From Flavobacterium sp. (lineage in GTDB: Bacteria; Bacteroidota; Bacteroidia; Flavobacteriales; Flavobacteriaceae), in assembly GCA_035433125.1 (NCBI GenBank), contig DAORUG010000002.1:1-51950 (forward strand): a stretch of 51,950 nt of DNA, given 5' to 3'. A model generated the notes under the pieces. It was not told where the DNA came from. It saw only the letters and a program-made list of their open reading frames with translations, and did no database searches. The translations under genes and the position numbers were made by a program. Shown piece after piece: positions 38,393 through 48,598 of this stretch (position 1 is its first letter; each line of letters starts with the position of its first letter).

Positions 38393-40882
38393 TTAAAAAT
38401 AAAACCCAAAAGAGATTTTCGTTGCAAATTTATTGGCATCAGGCATATCGAGATAATTGCCCCTCCATGAAAAATCTACTCGGAAAAATTTGAAAATATT
38501 ACCAACACCCGCGCTGTATTCCCAATACACTTTTTCGGGAGCGTTGTACACTAAGCCCGAGGCATTTATGGTTCTGTTTTCGTCTGAAACGGTTCCGTAA
38601 ACTGATTTTACGCCAATATTTTCGCGCCAATTGAGTTTTCGCATAAAAGGAATTCTGGCAAAAAGACGCCCGTGGAAATCGTGATCCCAATTCAAAGTGA
38701 CATATTGATCGGCAACAAACTCATAAAATTGAAGATTGTTGAATGTGTTCGAAATACTGAAAAGCGATTGATTTCCGGGAACTATACTCATCAATCCAAG
38801 AGGAATATAACCGAATGTTTTACCCATTTCGACAGTGATATTTGATCTTCCCAAAGGACCAATTATAATGGGCTGTTTGTAGTATAATTGTAATTTTTTA
38901 TAGTTGAAATCACTCGAAAATAAGTTTTTGAATCCCTGACTGTAGGTGACCAAAACTGTGGTAAATGGGTTGTCTGTATTATATCTTTCGACACCAAAAG
39001 CTATAGGAATCCTTTTTGGAGTATATTCGACCTGAAAATTTACTTCAGATTGTTTCACTTGACTTTGGATTGTTGTTTGAGATAAATCAGTATAATAATC
39101 TAAGCTGAATTCCGGCGAGGCAGAAATTAATGTGCGATAGGAAACACCCGTTGAAAAAGTTAAGTTTTTTACAGGTTCAATTTCAACTTGAACGTTGCTT
39201 AAATTGACATTCGTTAATTTGTTGTTACTACCAAAAGTCAATAATCCCGAAGAGGCATAATTTCGTCCTACAATATCATTTGTTGTGGTCAGCGATGCGC
39301 CAATTTGCTCGATGTCTCTACGATTTCCTGCGGAGATTATTACTCGTTTTTTTGGCTCCACCATCCATTTACCAGTAACTCCATATTTGAATTTGTCATC
39401 TTTGAATCCGTAGGCGATATAGGCTTGCAATCGCCAAGGGTCATTGGGACCAAAATAGGTTCTAACTCCTGTTCTCAATCGCAATCCTTCGACAGAATTT
39501 TGTCCAATTATGGAATAAATTGGGCCATAATCTAAATCTCCTAAATGAATGTAACCACTATCAACAATTTCGACCAAACTATACAACTGCTGGAATTTCT
39601 TGACTGTTTGCAAGGTGTCGAGCATTTTATATACACCTTTTTCGTCTTTGGTGAGGTTTTCGAATCGGTTTTCTTCCCAATACTCTTCCGATTTATTATA
39701 GACGTCTTTGTCTAAATAATTGATTTCGTCTCTATAAAACTTCTCTGGTTTTTCAGTATTAAATTTATGATCTCTGTATAAAGAAGTCCTTTTTCCATAG
39801 ACACCTTTAGAATCCTCTTTTTTGTTCAAAGCAAAATCCGTCATCATATAATCTTTGGTCATCAGGAAAATAGAATCATTCATAACCTCAAATTCCTGTT
39901 CGATATAAATGTCTTTTACCCAGTTAATATTGGCGCTTCTGGTGGCAGCCATATTAATTTTTTTGATGGCAAAAGTCGTGTCGCTCACCCAAAAATCGCC
40001 TTTAAAAGTCAATTCGTTTTTTCGCCTTGGATAGAAAACTATATTAAAACACTTTTTGTTATCGATATAAGCACTGTCTCTTAAAATATAATTATAAACA
40101 TCAACACCAGTTGTCGATAGCGGACTCGTAAAACTTTTGTCAAAGAAAGTGAGGTGATTGTCATAAATATCGAAATCGGTATATAAATCATTGACAAAAG
40201 CTAGAATTTGCTGATTTCCGTTGAAACCTGAGGTTTTGTTGGCTTTTGTTTTAATTTTAACTTTCTTTAATTTGTTGTCGCCATAAACGTCCGACAAGGC
40301 TTCGTTAATGAAAATAGGCAAGTAGGTTTTTCCAGTTATCTTTGAAGTATCGACTTGCTTGAAAATAAATTCCATTCCTTTGAACAACTTGTTTTTCATA
40401 TAAGCACTATCGATAGTGTTCATATCAAATTCTATCTTTTCGTACTTCTCCATTTGGTATTGGTCGAACATATGCAAACCGTTTTTGCGCCTTCTTTCCC
40501 AAATTTTTCTAAGAATGTCTAATGCCGGATTGTTTTTTTTGGAGGTTTTTCCTCTATAAATCACTACTTCATTTAAAGTTTCAATTTCTTTTAATTGAAT
40601 TTTAAAATTATAATTGATTGCTTTTTCTAAATCAATTTCCGCATCAGAATACCCCACCGAAGTAATGATGATGGTTTTATAAGTTTTGGAAGATTCTAAA
40701 TAAAAAACGCCATCTTCACTAGAAACAACTCCTTCGCTTGAGTTTTTGAAAGCAATATTAGCAAAGGGTATGGGTTTTCTTTGCTTGTCTAAAACCACGC
40801 CGCTAACTTTGGTTTGTGAAAAAACGGTAGTTGTAAAAGCAGCAAAAAAAAGCAGATAGTTCAAAAAATTCTTCTTCATCAT
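38393..40882 (-). CDS. DUF5686-type outer-membrane protein with N-terminal carboxypeptidase-regulatory-like domain
   Basis: Signal peptide, VSGVVLD..PIPFANI, YEKIEFD, YWEENR..L, GVGNIFKFFRVD, terminal GFYF. Confidence 0.85.
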   Translation of the reverse strand: MMKKNFLNYLLFFAAFTTTVFSQTKVSGVVLDKQRKPIPFANIAFKNSSEGVVSSEDGVFYLESSKTYKTIIITSVGYSDAEIDLEKAINYNFKIQLKEIETLNEVVIYRGKTSKKNNPALDILRKIWERRRKNGLHMFDQYQMEKYEKIEFDMNTIDSAYMKNKLFKGMEFIFKQVDTSKITGKTYLPIFINEALSDVYGDNKLKKVKIKTKANKTSGFNGNQQILAFVNDLYTDFDIYDNHLTFFDKSFTSPLSTTGVDVYNYILRDSAYIDNKKCFNIVFYPRRKNELTFKGDFWVSDTTFAIKKINMAATRSANINWVKDIYIEQEFEVMNDSIFLMTKDYMMTDFALNKKEDSKGVYGKRTSLYRDHKFNTEKPEKFYRDEINYLDKDVYNKSEEYWEENRFENLTKDEKGVYKMLDTLQTVKKFQQLYSLVEIVDSGYIHLGDLDYGPIYSIIGQNSVEGLRLRTGVRTYFGPNDPWRLQAYIAYGFKDDKFKYGVTGKWMVEPKKRVIISAGNRRDIEQIGASLTTTNDIVGRNYASSGLLTFGSNNKLTNVNLSNVQVEIEPVKNLTFSTGVSYRTLISASPEFSLDYYTDLSQTTIQSQVKQSEVNFQVEYTPKRIPIAFGVERYNTDNPFTTVLVTYSQGFKNLFSSDFNYKKLQLYYKQPIIIGPLGRSNITVEMGKTFGYIPLGLMSIVPGNQSLFSISNTFNNLQFYEFVADQYVTLNWDHDFHGRLFARIPFMRKLNWRENIGVKSVYGTVSDENRTINASGLVYNAPEKVYWEYSAGVGNIFKFFRVDFSWRGNYLDMPDANKFATKISFGFYF

Positions 40883-40989
40883 AATCAAAAAAAAACTCCA
40901 TCAAATTTAGATTCTGATGAAGTTTCAAATTTAGTTGTTTTCTGAGATTAGATTTTCTAAAGTGCCTAATATTCAGAAAAGTTTAACAG

Positions 40990-41976
40990 CTATTTATTCA
41001 TTACCTTTTTTACTGCTTTGATAACATCATTAGCATTTGGCAACCATTCTTTTAGCAAAACCGGTGAATAGGGTGCTGGTGTGTCAGCTGTGGTAATACG
41101 TTGAATAGGCGCATCAAGAAAATCAAAAGCTTGTTCTTGAACAATATAAGTGATTTCAGAAGAAACACTTGCAAATGGCCAAGCTTCTTCAAGAATTACT
41201 AATCTATTTGTTTTTTTAACCGAAGTAAGAATAGTTGCATTATCCATAGGACGAACTGTTCTCAAATCGACAATCTCACAAGAAATCCCCTCTTTGGCTA
41301 ATTCATCGGCAGCGATAAAGGCTTCTTTAATAATTTTTCCAAAAGAAACGATAGTTACATCTGTTCCCACTCTTTTTACATCGGCAACACCAATTGGAAT
41401 GGTGTATTCTCCTTCAGGAACTTCTCCTTTGTCACCATACATTTGTTCTGATTCCATAAAAATTACAGGATCATTATCACGAATAGCCGATTTCAAAAGT
41501 CCTTTAGCATCATAAACATTCGAAGGAACTACCACTTTTAGACCAGGAGTGTTGGCAAACCAATTTTCCAAAGCTTGTGAGTGTGTTGCTCCAAGTTGTC
41601 CGGCAGAGGCTGTTGGTCCACGAAAAACAATAGGAACATTAAATTGTCCTCCTGTCATTTGACGCATTTTGGCAGCATTATTTATAATTTGGTCAATTCC
41701 TACCAAACAAAAGTTGAAAGTCATATATTCTACAATTGGTCGGCAACCATTCATCGCAGATCCAACTGCAATTCCGGTAAAACCAAGTTCAGCAATAGGA
41801 GTGTCAATCACTCTTTTTTCGCCAAATTCAGCAAGCATACCTTTAGAAGCTTTGTAAGCACCATTATATTCAGCAACTTCTTCACCCATAAGGTATATTG
41901 ATTCATCGCGTCGCATTTCTTCGCTCATCGCCTCACAAATGGCTTCTCTAAATTGTATCGTTCTCATTGTTTTCAT
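40990..41976 (-). CDS. pdhB: Pyruvate dehydrogenase E1 beta subunit
   Basis: MGEEVAEYNGAYK, DTPIAE, IDQIINNAAK, HSQ, DLRTVRP; start may be 41967. Confidence 0.96.
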   Translation of the reverse strand: MKTMRTIQFREAICEAMSEEMRRDESIYLMGEEVAEYNGAYKASKGMLAEFGEKRVIDTPIAELGFTGIAVGSAMNGCRPIVEYMTFNFCLVGIDQIINNAAKMRQMTGGQFNVPIVFRGPTASAGQLGATHSQALENWFANTPGLKVVVPSNVYDAKGLLKSAIRDNDPVIFMESEQMYGDKGEVPEGEYTIPIGVADVKRVGTDVTIVSFGKIIKEAFIAADELAKEGISCEIVDLRTVRPMDNATILTSVKKTNRLVILEEAWPFASVSSEITYIVQEQAFDFLDAPIQRITTADTPAPYSPVLLKEWLPNANDVIKAVKKVMNK

Positions 41977-42207
41977 AATGTTCTGTAAATTTCGAACGGC
42001 AAAAATAAATATTTTAAATCACTTAAAGGCATATTTTTAGTTTAAAAAATGGAATCCTTTTTTAAAAAATGGAATTTAAAAATTTTAAGAAACATAAAAG
42101 GCTAGCGAAAACGATATAATTATAAAAAATATTATGCGTGCATAGTATAATATTCAAATTAATATTCTAATTTTGTGCAGCAATTTTAGAAAATAAAACA
42201 CTTAATT

Positions 42208-42954
42208 ATGAAAATATTAGTTTGCATTAGTCACGTTCCTGATACGACTTCAAAAATTAATTTCACCAATGATGACTCTCAATTTGACACCAACGGGGTT
42301 CAATTTGTAATTAATCCAAACGATGAATTTGGATTGACTCGTGCCATTTGGTTTCAAGAACAGCAAGCCGCAACAATTACTGTTGTTAATGTTGGCGGAG
42401 CTGAGACAGAACCAACCTTAAGAAAAGCACTAGCTATTGGAGCCAATGATGCCATTCGTGTAAACGCCAATCCAACTGACAGTTTCTTTGTTGCGAAACA
42501 ACTTTCCGAAGTCATAAAAAATGGCGGGTACGACATCGTCATTGCAGGAAAAGAATCTTTGGATTATAATGGTGGAATGGTACCAGGAATGATTGCAGGA
42601 GTTTTGGGATATAATTTTATAAATTGTTGCACTGATTTAATTATTGATGGATCTAATGTGAAAGCAATTCGTGAAATTGATGGTGGAAGAGAAACTGTTT
42701 CAACCACATTACCTATTATAATTGGTGGTCAAAAAGGATTGGTCGAAGAAAAAGATTTACGTATTCCAAATATGAGAGGAATTATGACCGCTAGAACAAA
42801 AACGCTAACAGTTGTAGAGCCGGTCGAAGCTTCGGTTAATACTAAAGCTGTCAAATTTGAAAAACCAGCTCCAAAATCAGCAGTAAAATTAATTTCAGCT
42901 GATAATATAGACGAATTAATCAATTTATTACACAACGAAGCTAAGGTGATTTAA
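42208..42954 (+). CDS. etfB: Electron transfer flavoprotein beta subunit
   Basis: MKILVCISHVPDT, INPNDE, ALAIGA, REIDGG; TAATTTTG box at 42168-42175. Confidence 0.95.
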   Translation: MKILVCISHVPDTTSKINFTNDDSQFDTNGVQFVINPNDEFGLTRAIWFQEQQAATITVVNVGGAETEPTLRKALAIGANDAIRVNANPTDSFFVAKQLSEVIKNGGYDIVIAGKESLDYNGGMVPGMIAGVLGYNFINCCTDLIIDGSNVKAIREIDGGRETVSTTLPIIIGGQKGLVEEKDLRIPNMRGIMTARTKTLTVVEPVEASVNTKAVKFEKPAPKSAVKLISADNIDELINLLHNEAKVI

Positions 42955-42957
42955 GAG

Positions 42958-43110
42958 TGCAGATTTTAGATTGCAGATTGCAGATTGCAGTGTGAAAATC
43001 TAAAAATTCATCTTACTTTAAAAATCTAAAATCGTTAATTATAAACACAATATAAATCAAGTTTTTAGTTTCCAGATTCTGAAATCTGCAATCTAAAATC
43101 TGCAATCTAA
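42958..43110. repeat. Inverted arrays of heptamer repeats (GCAGATT/TTAGATT) bracketing the etfB-etfA spacer
   Basis: 42958-42979 is the exact reverse complement of 43083-43104 (22 bp). Confidence 0.9.
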
Positions 43111-43116
43111 AAAAAC

Positions 43117-44082
43117 ATGTCAATATTAATATACGCAGAATCAGCAGAAGGAAAATTCAAAAAAGTAGCTTTCGAATTGGCTTCTTATGCCAAAAAAGTT
43201 GCGGAATCTTTGGGAACAACGGTCACAGCTGTAACCATAAACACAGGAGATGTTTCGGAATTATCAAAATACGGTGTCGATAAAGTTTTGAAAGTTACCA
43301 ACGATAAATTATCTGGTTTTTCGGCAAAAGCCTATGCTGATGTTATTAAACAAGCCGCTCAAAAAGAAGGTGCGAAACTTGTAGTTTTATCATCAACTAC
43401 CGATAGTATTTATCTTTCTCCTTTGGTAGCCGTTTCTCTCGAAGCCGGATTTGCTTCAAATGTTGTAGGATTGCCGGTAAGCACCTCTCCATTTCAAGTT
43501 CGACGAAGTGCATTTTCGAATAAAGCTTTTAATATTACCGAAATTAGCAGTGATGTAAAAATCATTGGCTTAGCCAAAAACTCTTATGGTATTTTCGAAA
43601 GTGCATCCAATTTGTCCCAAGAAGATTTTAATCCAACTATTGGCGACAATGATTTTGGAATTAAAGTAGCCTCTGTCGAAAAAGGTTCAGGGAAAGTATC
43701 TATTGCCGATGCCGATATTGTGGTTTCTGGTGGACGTGGTCTAAAAGGTCCTGAAAATTGGGGAATGATCGAAGAATTAGCCGAAGTTTTGGGTGCTGCC
43801 ACGGCTTGTTCAAAACCAGTATCCGATTTAGATTGGAGGCCTCATTCAGAACACGTAGGTCAAACCGGAAAACCAGTAGCTTCTAATTTGTATATTGCAG
43901 TAGGAATTTCGGGAGCGATTCAGCATATTGCAGGAATCAACTCGTCGAAAGTAAAAGTAGTTATCAATACCGATCCTGAAGCGCCTTTTTTCAAAGTTGC
44001 CGATTATGGAATTGTAGGAGATGCCTTTGATGTTGTTCCAAGATTAATTGAAAAACTAAAACTTTTTAAAGAGCAGAATTAA
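43117..44082 (+). CDS. etfA: Electron transfer flavoprotein alpha subunit
   Basis: ADIVVSGGRG, VGQTGK, LYIAVGISGAIQH, INTDPEAPFF. Confidence 0.97.
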   Translation: MSILIYAESAEGKFKKVAFELASYAKKVAESLGTTVTAVTINTGDVSELSKYGVDKVLKVTNDKLSGFSAKAYADVIKQAAQKEGAKLVVLSSTTDSIYLSPLVAVSLEAGFASNVVGLPVSTSPFQVRRSAFSNKAFNITEISSDVKIIGLAKNSYGIFESASNLSQEDFNPTIGDNDFGIKVASVEKGSGKVSIADADIVVSGGRGLKGPENWGMIEELAEVLGAATACSKPVSDLDWRPHSEHVGQTGKPVASNLYIAVGISGAIQHIAGINSSKVKVVINTDPEAPFFKVADYGIVGDAFDVVPRLIEKLKLFKEQN

Positions 44083-44108
44083 AAATTTTATAATTCTAAT
44101 ACCAAAAT

Positions 44109-44156
44109 AGCTGCCTAAAAATAAGATAATCGTATCTTTGCTTTAGGTAGCTTTTT
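44109..44156 (+). terminator. Hairpin after etfA overlapping a -7 box for the next gene
   Basis: AGCTGCCTAAA...TTTAGGTAGCT plus T-tract; TATCTTTG at 44133-44140 in the loop. Confidence 0.55.
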
Positions 44157-44246
44157 AGTTCCGCTTTTTTTGATTAAAATTGCACATTATTTTAATCAAA
44201 ATTAACATTATATAAACAAGCACATTGTGCTTTTTCTCTTAAAAAC

Positions 44247-44870
44247 ATGAGTTTAGTCAAATTATCAATAAAAGGAATATCCTACAGTCAAACTCAAAAT
44301 GGAGCTTATGCCTTGATATTGAACGAAGTCGATGGTGACAGGAAATTACCAATTGTCATAGGGGCTTTCGAAGCTCAATCGATAGCCATTGCTTTGGAAA
44401 AAGAAATAAAACCACCTCGTCCTTTGACTCACGATTTATTCAAAAATTTTGCAGATCGTTTCGATATTGTGGTCAAACAAATTATCATCCATAAATTAGT
44501 CGATGGTGTTTTTTACTCGAGTATCATTTGCGAAAGAGATAAAATCGAAGAAATAATTGATGCCAGAACTTCGGATGCTATTGCATTGGCTTTGCGATTT
44601 AACGCTCCTATTTTTACCTATAAAAACATATTAGATAAAGCGGGGATTTTCTTAAAATCAAACCCTTTGAATCCCGAAAAGGATTCTCAAGAAATAGAAG
44701 ATGTGCTTTCAAATCCAGAAACTTTCAAACAGAATGAAGAAAGCAATCAATCTGGAGAAACCTATTCAAAACATAGTTTGCAAGAATTAAATGAACTTTT
44801 GGAACAGGCAGTTGAACAGGAAGATTATGAAAAAGCCGCCAAAATCAGAGACGAAATTTCTAAAAGATAA
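44247..44870 (+). CDS. Bifunctional nuclease family protein (DUF151) with C-terminal UVR motif
   Basis: LPIVIGAFEA, PRPLTHDL, DARTSDAIALA, EDYEKAAKIRDEI. Confidence 0.93.
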   Translation: MSLVKLSIKGISYSQTQNGAYALILNEVDGDRKLPIVIGAFEAQSIAIALEKEIKPPRPLTHDLFKNFADRFDIVVKQIIIHKLVDGVFYSSIICERDKIEEIIDARTSDAIALALRFNAPIFTYKNILDKAGIFLKSNPLNPEKDSQEIEDVLSNPETFKQNEESNQSGETYSKHSLQELNELLEQAVEQEDYEKAAKIRDEISKR

Positions 44871-44879
44871 TAACAAATT

Positions 44880-44919
44880 GTTTAATCGGTTAACCGATTA
44901 ATCGATTAACCGATTAAAC
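44880..44919. repeat. 40-bp near-perfect palindrome made of 9-bp units, directly before thyA
   Basis: GTTTAATCGGTTAACCGATTAATCGATTAACCGATTAAAC, one mismatched pair. Confidence 0.85.
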
Positions 44920-44924
44920 CAAGA

Positions 44925-45749
44925 ATGAAACAATATTTAGATTTAGTACAACACGTTTTAGAAAACGGAAATCAAAAAGGAGATAGAACAGGAACTGGAA
45001 CAAAAAGTGTTTTTGGTTACCAAATGCGGTTTGATTTAGCCGATGGTTTTCCGATGGTGACCACCAAAAAGTTACACCTAAAATCAATTATTTATGAATT
45101 GCTTTGGTTCCTCAAAGGCGATACAAATACAAAATATCTTAAAGACAACGGCGTAAAAATATGGGATGCTTGGGCAGATGAAAATGGGGATTTAGGTCCG
45201 ATTTACGGTCACCAATGGCGCAATTGGAACAGCGAAGAAATTGATCAAATTGCGGATCTTATCAAAGAACTCAAAGCCAATCCAAATAGTCGTAGAATGC
45301 TGGTTTCGGCTTGGAATCCGAGTGTTTTACCAGATACTTCAATATCATTTGCAAAAAATGTAGCCAATAATAAAGCGGCTTTGCCTCCTTGTCACGCCTT
45401 CTTTCAATTTTATGTTTCTGACGGGAAATTGTCTTGCCAATTGTATCAAAGAAGTGCCGATATTTTTCTTGGAGTTCCGTTCAATATTGCTTCTTATGCT
45501 TTGCTAACTATGATGATTGCGCAAGTTTGCGATTTGCAAGTGGGCGAATTCATTCACACTTTTGGCGATGCACACATTTACAACAACCATTTTGAGCAAC
45601 TCGAATTGCAATTGTCTCGCAAACCAAAATCATTACCAAAAATGATTTTGAATCCTGCTGTAAAAGATATTTTCGAATTTACTTATGAAGATTTCACACT
45701 AGAAAATTACGAGCCTCACGACGCTATAAAAGGAAGTGTTGCGGTGTAA
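44925..45749 (+). CDS. thyA: Thymidylate synthase
   Basis: DRTGTGT, ELLWFL, ALPPCH, YQRSAD, GDAHIY. Confidence 0.98.
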   Translation: MKQYLDLVQHVLENGNQKGDRTGTGTKSVFGYQMRFDLADGFPMVTTKKLHLKSIIYELLWFLKGDTNTKYLKDNGVKIWDAWADENGDLGPIYGHQWRNWNSEEIDQIADLIKELKANPNSRRMLVSAWNPSVLPDTSISFAKNVANNKAALPPCHAFFQFYVSDGKLSCQLYQRSADIFLGVPFNIASYALLTMMIAQVCDLQVGEFIHTFGDAHIYNNHFEQLELQLSRKPKSLPKMILNPAVKDIFEFTYEDFTLENYEPHDAIKGSVAV

Positions 45750-45873
45750 TTGTATATCAAGTTCAAAAAAATAAATCCTGACTTTTTTCTATAAAAAAAC
45801 TACAATGAAGATGGATTGCGGTGATTTTTGTTAAGTCTATTAACTAGTTGGAATCAACTTTAAAGAAAAAATT

Positions 45874-46557
45874 GTGAATAATTGGGTTTTAGAGTTAGAA
45901 AAATTAAAAATCAAGGAAAAATTCTCTGTTGAGGAGTGGGAAAATCGTGGATTAAATCCTTCTGAAAAAAGTCTATGCATTAAGCTTGAAAAATCTTTTA
46001 ATGATTTACTAACAAATTTAATTTCTGCAACCAATATAAAAAAATCTGATAAAGAAATTGAAGACCTTTTCGAACATTATTTCAACAAAATTAAAACAGA
46101 GGAATTAGATACAGAGGAAAATGAATTTGTTGTGGATTATTTTGATGAGATTGCTAAAATCTTAAACATTCCAAATATTAATGAAAAATTGAATATTTGG
46201 ACTTACGGAATTGAAGATTATGACCACGAAAAAGCTGTAAAAAAGCTTTCTGAAAAAGTGTTGTTAGATGCAAGAAAAAAACACGAGATTATTTATACAG
46301 AATGTAAAAAATGTAAAGCTCAATTAGAAACTTTTATATTAGAAAGAGATAATAACTTTCCAAGTTTTGAGTTTGACATAATTAAATGTGTAAAATGTTC
46401 TGAACTTAATTTACTTGACAAAGGCGCAGGAATAAAAAGATATAGATTTCTTAATTATGAACTTGTAGAAGAATTGCCAAAACAGGAATATGATTTACCT
46501 AAAGCTTTAAAAAGACTTGAACAATTAAAAAACAACAAAAATGAAGGAAGCTGCTAA
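45874..46557 (+). CDS. AT-rich orphan, DUF4844-like N-terminus and C-terminal CxxC...CxxC
   Basis: 227 aa, GTG start; KEKF...RGLNPSE and LDTEENE recall DUF4844 (tentative); CKKC and CVKC. Confidence 0.65.
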   Translation: MNNWVLELEKLKIKEKFSVEEWENRGLNPSEKSLCIKLEKSFNDLLTNLISATNIKKSDKEIEDLFEHYFNKIKTEELDTEENEFVVDYFDEIAKILNIPNINEKLNIWTYGIEDYDHEKAVKKLSEKVLLDARKKHEIIYTECKKCKAQLETFILERDNNFPSFEFDIIKCVKCSELNLLDKGAGIKRYRFLNYELVEELPKQEYDLPKALKRLEQLKNNKNEGSC

Positions 46558-46637
46558 CCCAATTCTGCAGATTTTCAATCTTTATCAATAAAAATAAACA
46601 AATCAAGTATAAAATTATTTATATAAAAAATACCAAT

Positions 46638-47063
46638 ATGCCAACCCCAGTTTCAGAATGTTTGTATTGTCAAAACAACGAAACCTTACACCATTTAATG
46701 ATTAAAATTTGTGATTTAGAAGTATCACAATTATTCTTATTCAAAGAACAATCCTATGCAGGTCGCTGCAATGTAGTTTATAAAGATCACGGCGTCGAAT
46801 TTCACGAATTGAGCGATGAACAACGCAATGCCTTTATGCGGGATGTTGCAACTACTGCAAAAGCTATAGCTGCGGCATTCAACCCAGATAAAATAAATTA
46901 TGGCGCTTATGCAGATTCTATTTCACATCTTCACATGCACGTAGTTCCAAAATACAAAGAAGGTTATGGTTTTGGAGGTGTTTTTGAAATGAACCCACAA
47001 AAAACCAAACTATCCGATTCAGAGTATGATGAAGTTATAGCAAAAATAAAAGCGGGATTATAA
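46638..47063 (+). CDS. HIT family nucleotide hydrolase
   Basis: N-terminal CLYC; HLHMHVVP histidine triad. Confidence 0.93.
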   Translation: MPTPVSECLYCQNNETLHHLMIKICDLEVSQLFLFKEQSYAGRCNVVYKDHGVEFHELSDEQRNAFMRDVATTAKAIAAAFNPDKINYGAYADSISHLHMHVVPKYKEGYGFGGVFEMNPQKTKLSDSEYDEVIAKIKAGL

Positions 47064-47089
47064 AACCGGCTTCCATTTTGCTTAAAATG

Positions 47090-47119
47090 AATAAAATCCG
47101 CTTTTCAGCGGATTTTATT
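47090..47119. terminator. Bidirectional terminator between convergent genes
   Basis: AATAAAATCCGC-TTTTCA-GCGGATTTTATT. Confidence 0.85.
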
Positions 47120-47124
47120 ATGAG

Positions 47125-47421
47125 TTAAACAGTTAAAACACCGTTTTCAGTTCCTGCAAATTCATTCCATTTGTATGAATCAGCTTCGGTGTCGTTTACA
47201 TAAACACCATCTACTAAGTACTTAAATTCATAAGAGGCATCTTTTGCTAAATCAAAAACACCTTTAAAAGTTCCGTTTTTCAATTTTGACAATTCTCCTT
47301 CAGCTGGATTCCAATTGTTAAAATCTCCTACAACTGATGCGGTATTTGCTTCTTTAGCTTCAACCGAAAATGTAACTTTACAAACTGGTTTTGTTTTTAT
47401 AAATTGTTTCTTAATCGACAT
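47125..47421 (-). CDS. Stand-alone isoamylase early-set / CBM48-like glycogen-binding protein
   Basis: CKVTF, VVGDFNNW, YEFKYLVDG; start MSIKKQ at 47421 follows a TACATTTG box at 47449-47456. Confidence 0.88.
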   Translation of the reverse strand: MSIKKQFIKTKPVCKVTFSVEAKEANTASVVGDFNNWNPAEGELSKLKNGTFKGVFDLAKDASYEFKYLVDGVYVNDTEADSYKWNEFAGTENGVLTV

Positions 47422-47660
47422 AACTATTTCATTTTTAGAATTATGGGGCAAATGTAAAATAGATATTTGAGCTTTCAATGTTTAAGGTGAAGTTTTATGA
47501 GTATGACAAAAATTTTCACAAAATTAAAATACATTCTTAATTTTAAATTAAATATATTTCCAAATTCAAAATTATAAAACGTTTTCTCTTTTAATATTAT
47601 TGAATGAAAAATAATGAAATTGCAAAATTATTTTTATCTTTATAATCTAAATCTTGCATT

Positions 47661-48002
47661 GTGGAAAAAGAACAACACGAACAATACGAATACGCCAGAA
47701 AAAGGCTGAAACAAAAAAAAGGACTTTATTTTCATTTTGTCCTACTAATTTTGGGAAGTATATTTATGTTTATTTCCAATCATTTTGCAATTTTTGGAAT
47801 AACGGCAAATTGGGCTATTTGGGTAATCACATTTTGGTTTTTCCTTTTTGTTTTACATTTTATAAAAGTGTTTATTACGGATCGTTTTATGAATAAAAAC
47901 TGGGAACGAGACCAAATTGACCGGTTAGTTGGCAAGCAAAAACATAAAATCGACCAATTGCAAAACCAAATAGAAGAAGAGTCTTCTAAAAATCCTCAAT
48001 AA
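47661..48002 (+). CDS. 2TM domain-containing protein
   Basis: YEYARKR..QKKGLYFH, two TM helices, KNWERDQI; GTG start. Confidence 0.85.
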   Translation: MEKEQHEQYEYARKRLKQKKGLYFHFVLLILGSIFMFISNHFAIFGITANWAIWVITFWFFLFVLHFIKVFITDRFMNKNWERDQIDRLVGKQKHKIDQLQNQIEEESSKNPQ

Positions 48003-48005
48003 CAA

Positions 48006-48500
48006 ATGATAATTTTGATTGCGGCTGTTGCCGAAAACAATGCTCTTGGCAAGAACAATGACTTACTTTGGCATTTGCCCAAAGATTTCAAACGATTTAA
48101 GGAAATTACTTCTGGGCATCATATCATTATGGGAAGAAAAACTTTTGAAAGTTTTCCCAAACCACTCCCAAACCGAACTCACGTTATCATAACTCGACAA
48201 AAAGAGTATGTTTGTGAGGGATGTATTGTGGTTCAGGATTTAGAAAAAGCCATAGCTGTTTGTCCTAAAAACGAAGATATATTTGTTATTGGTGGTGGCG
48301 AAATTTACTCACAATCCATTCATTTAGCCGATCAGCTTGATATTACAAGAGTGCATCATTCGTTCGAAGCTGATGTTTATTTTCCTGAAATAGACCCAGA
48401 AATCTGGGAATTAACTTCTGAAGTGTTTAATCCAAAAGACGAGAAACACCTTTACGATTACACTTTTCAAACATTCGTTAGAAAAATAGTCCTACTATGA
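48006..48500 (+). CDS. folA: Dihydrofolate reductase
   Basis: LLWHLPKDF, IMGRKTFES, LPNR, VIGGGEIY, ADVYFP. Confidence 0.97.
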   Translation: MIILIAAVAENNALGKNNDLLWHLPKDFKRFKEITSGHHIIMGRKTFESFPKPLPNRTHVIITRQKEYVCEGCIVVQDLEKAIAVCPKNEDIFVIGGGEIYSQSIHLADQLDITRVHHSFEADVYFPEIDPEIWELTSEVFNPKDEKHLYDYTFQTFVRKIVLL

Positions 48501-48527
48501 ATGTTGTGAACATTCAGTCATTTATTT

Positions 48528-48598
48528 TAAACCATTGAGATAATTAAGGCAATTAAGCTGTGTCTTTCTTAATGATTCTTAATTTTCTTAATGGTTTA
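48528..48598. repeat. Inverted repeat element built of ATTAAG/CTTAAT units
   Basis: 48528-48548 pairs with 48578-48598 at 19/21. Confidence 0.75.

Noticed and set aside
44247-47063. Anti-phage defence cluster (nuclease, thyA, orphan, HIT)
   Set aside because: DUF151 nuclease, thyA and HIT look like ordinary housekeeping genes and no known defence domain was recognised in the orphan
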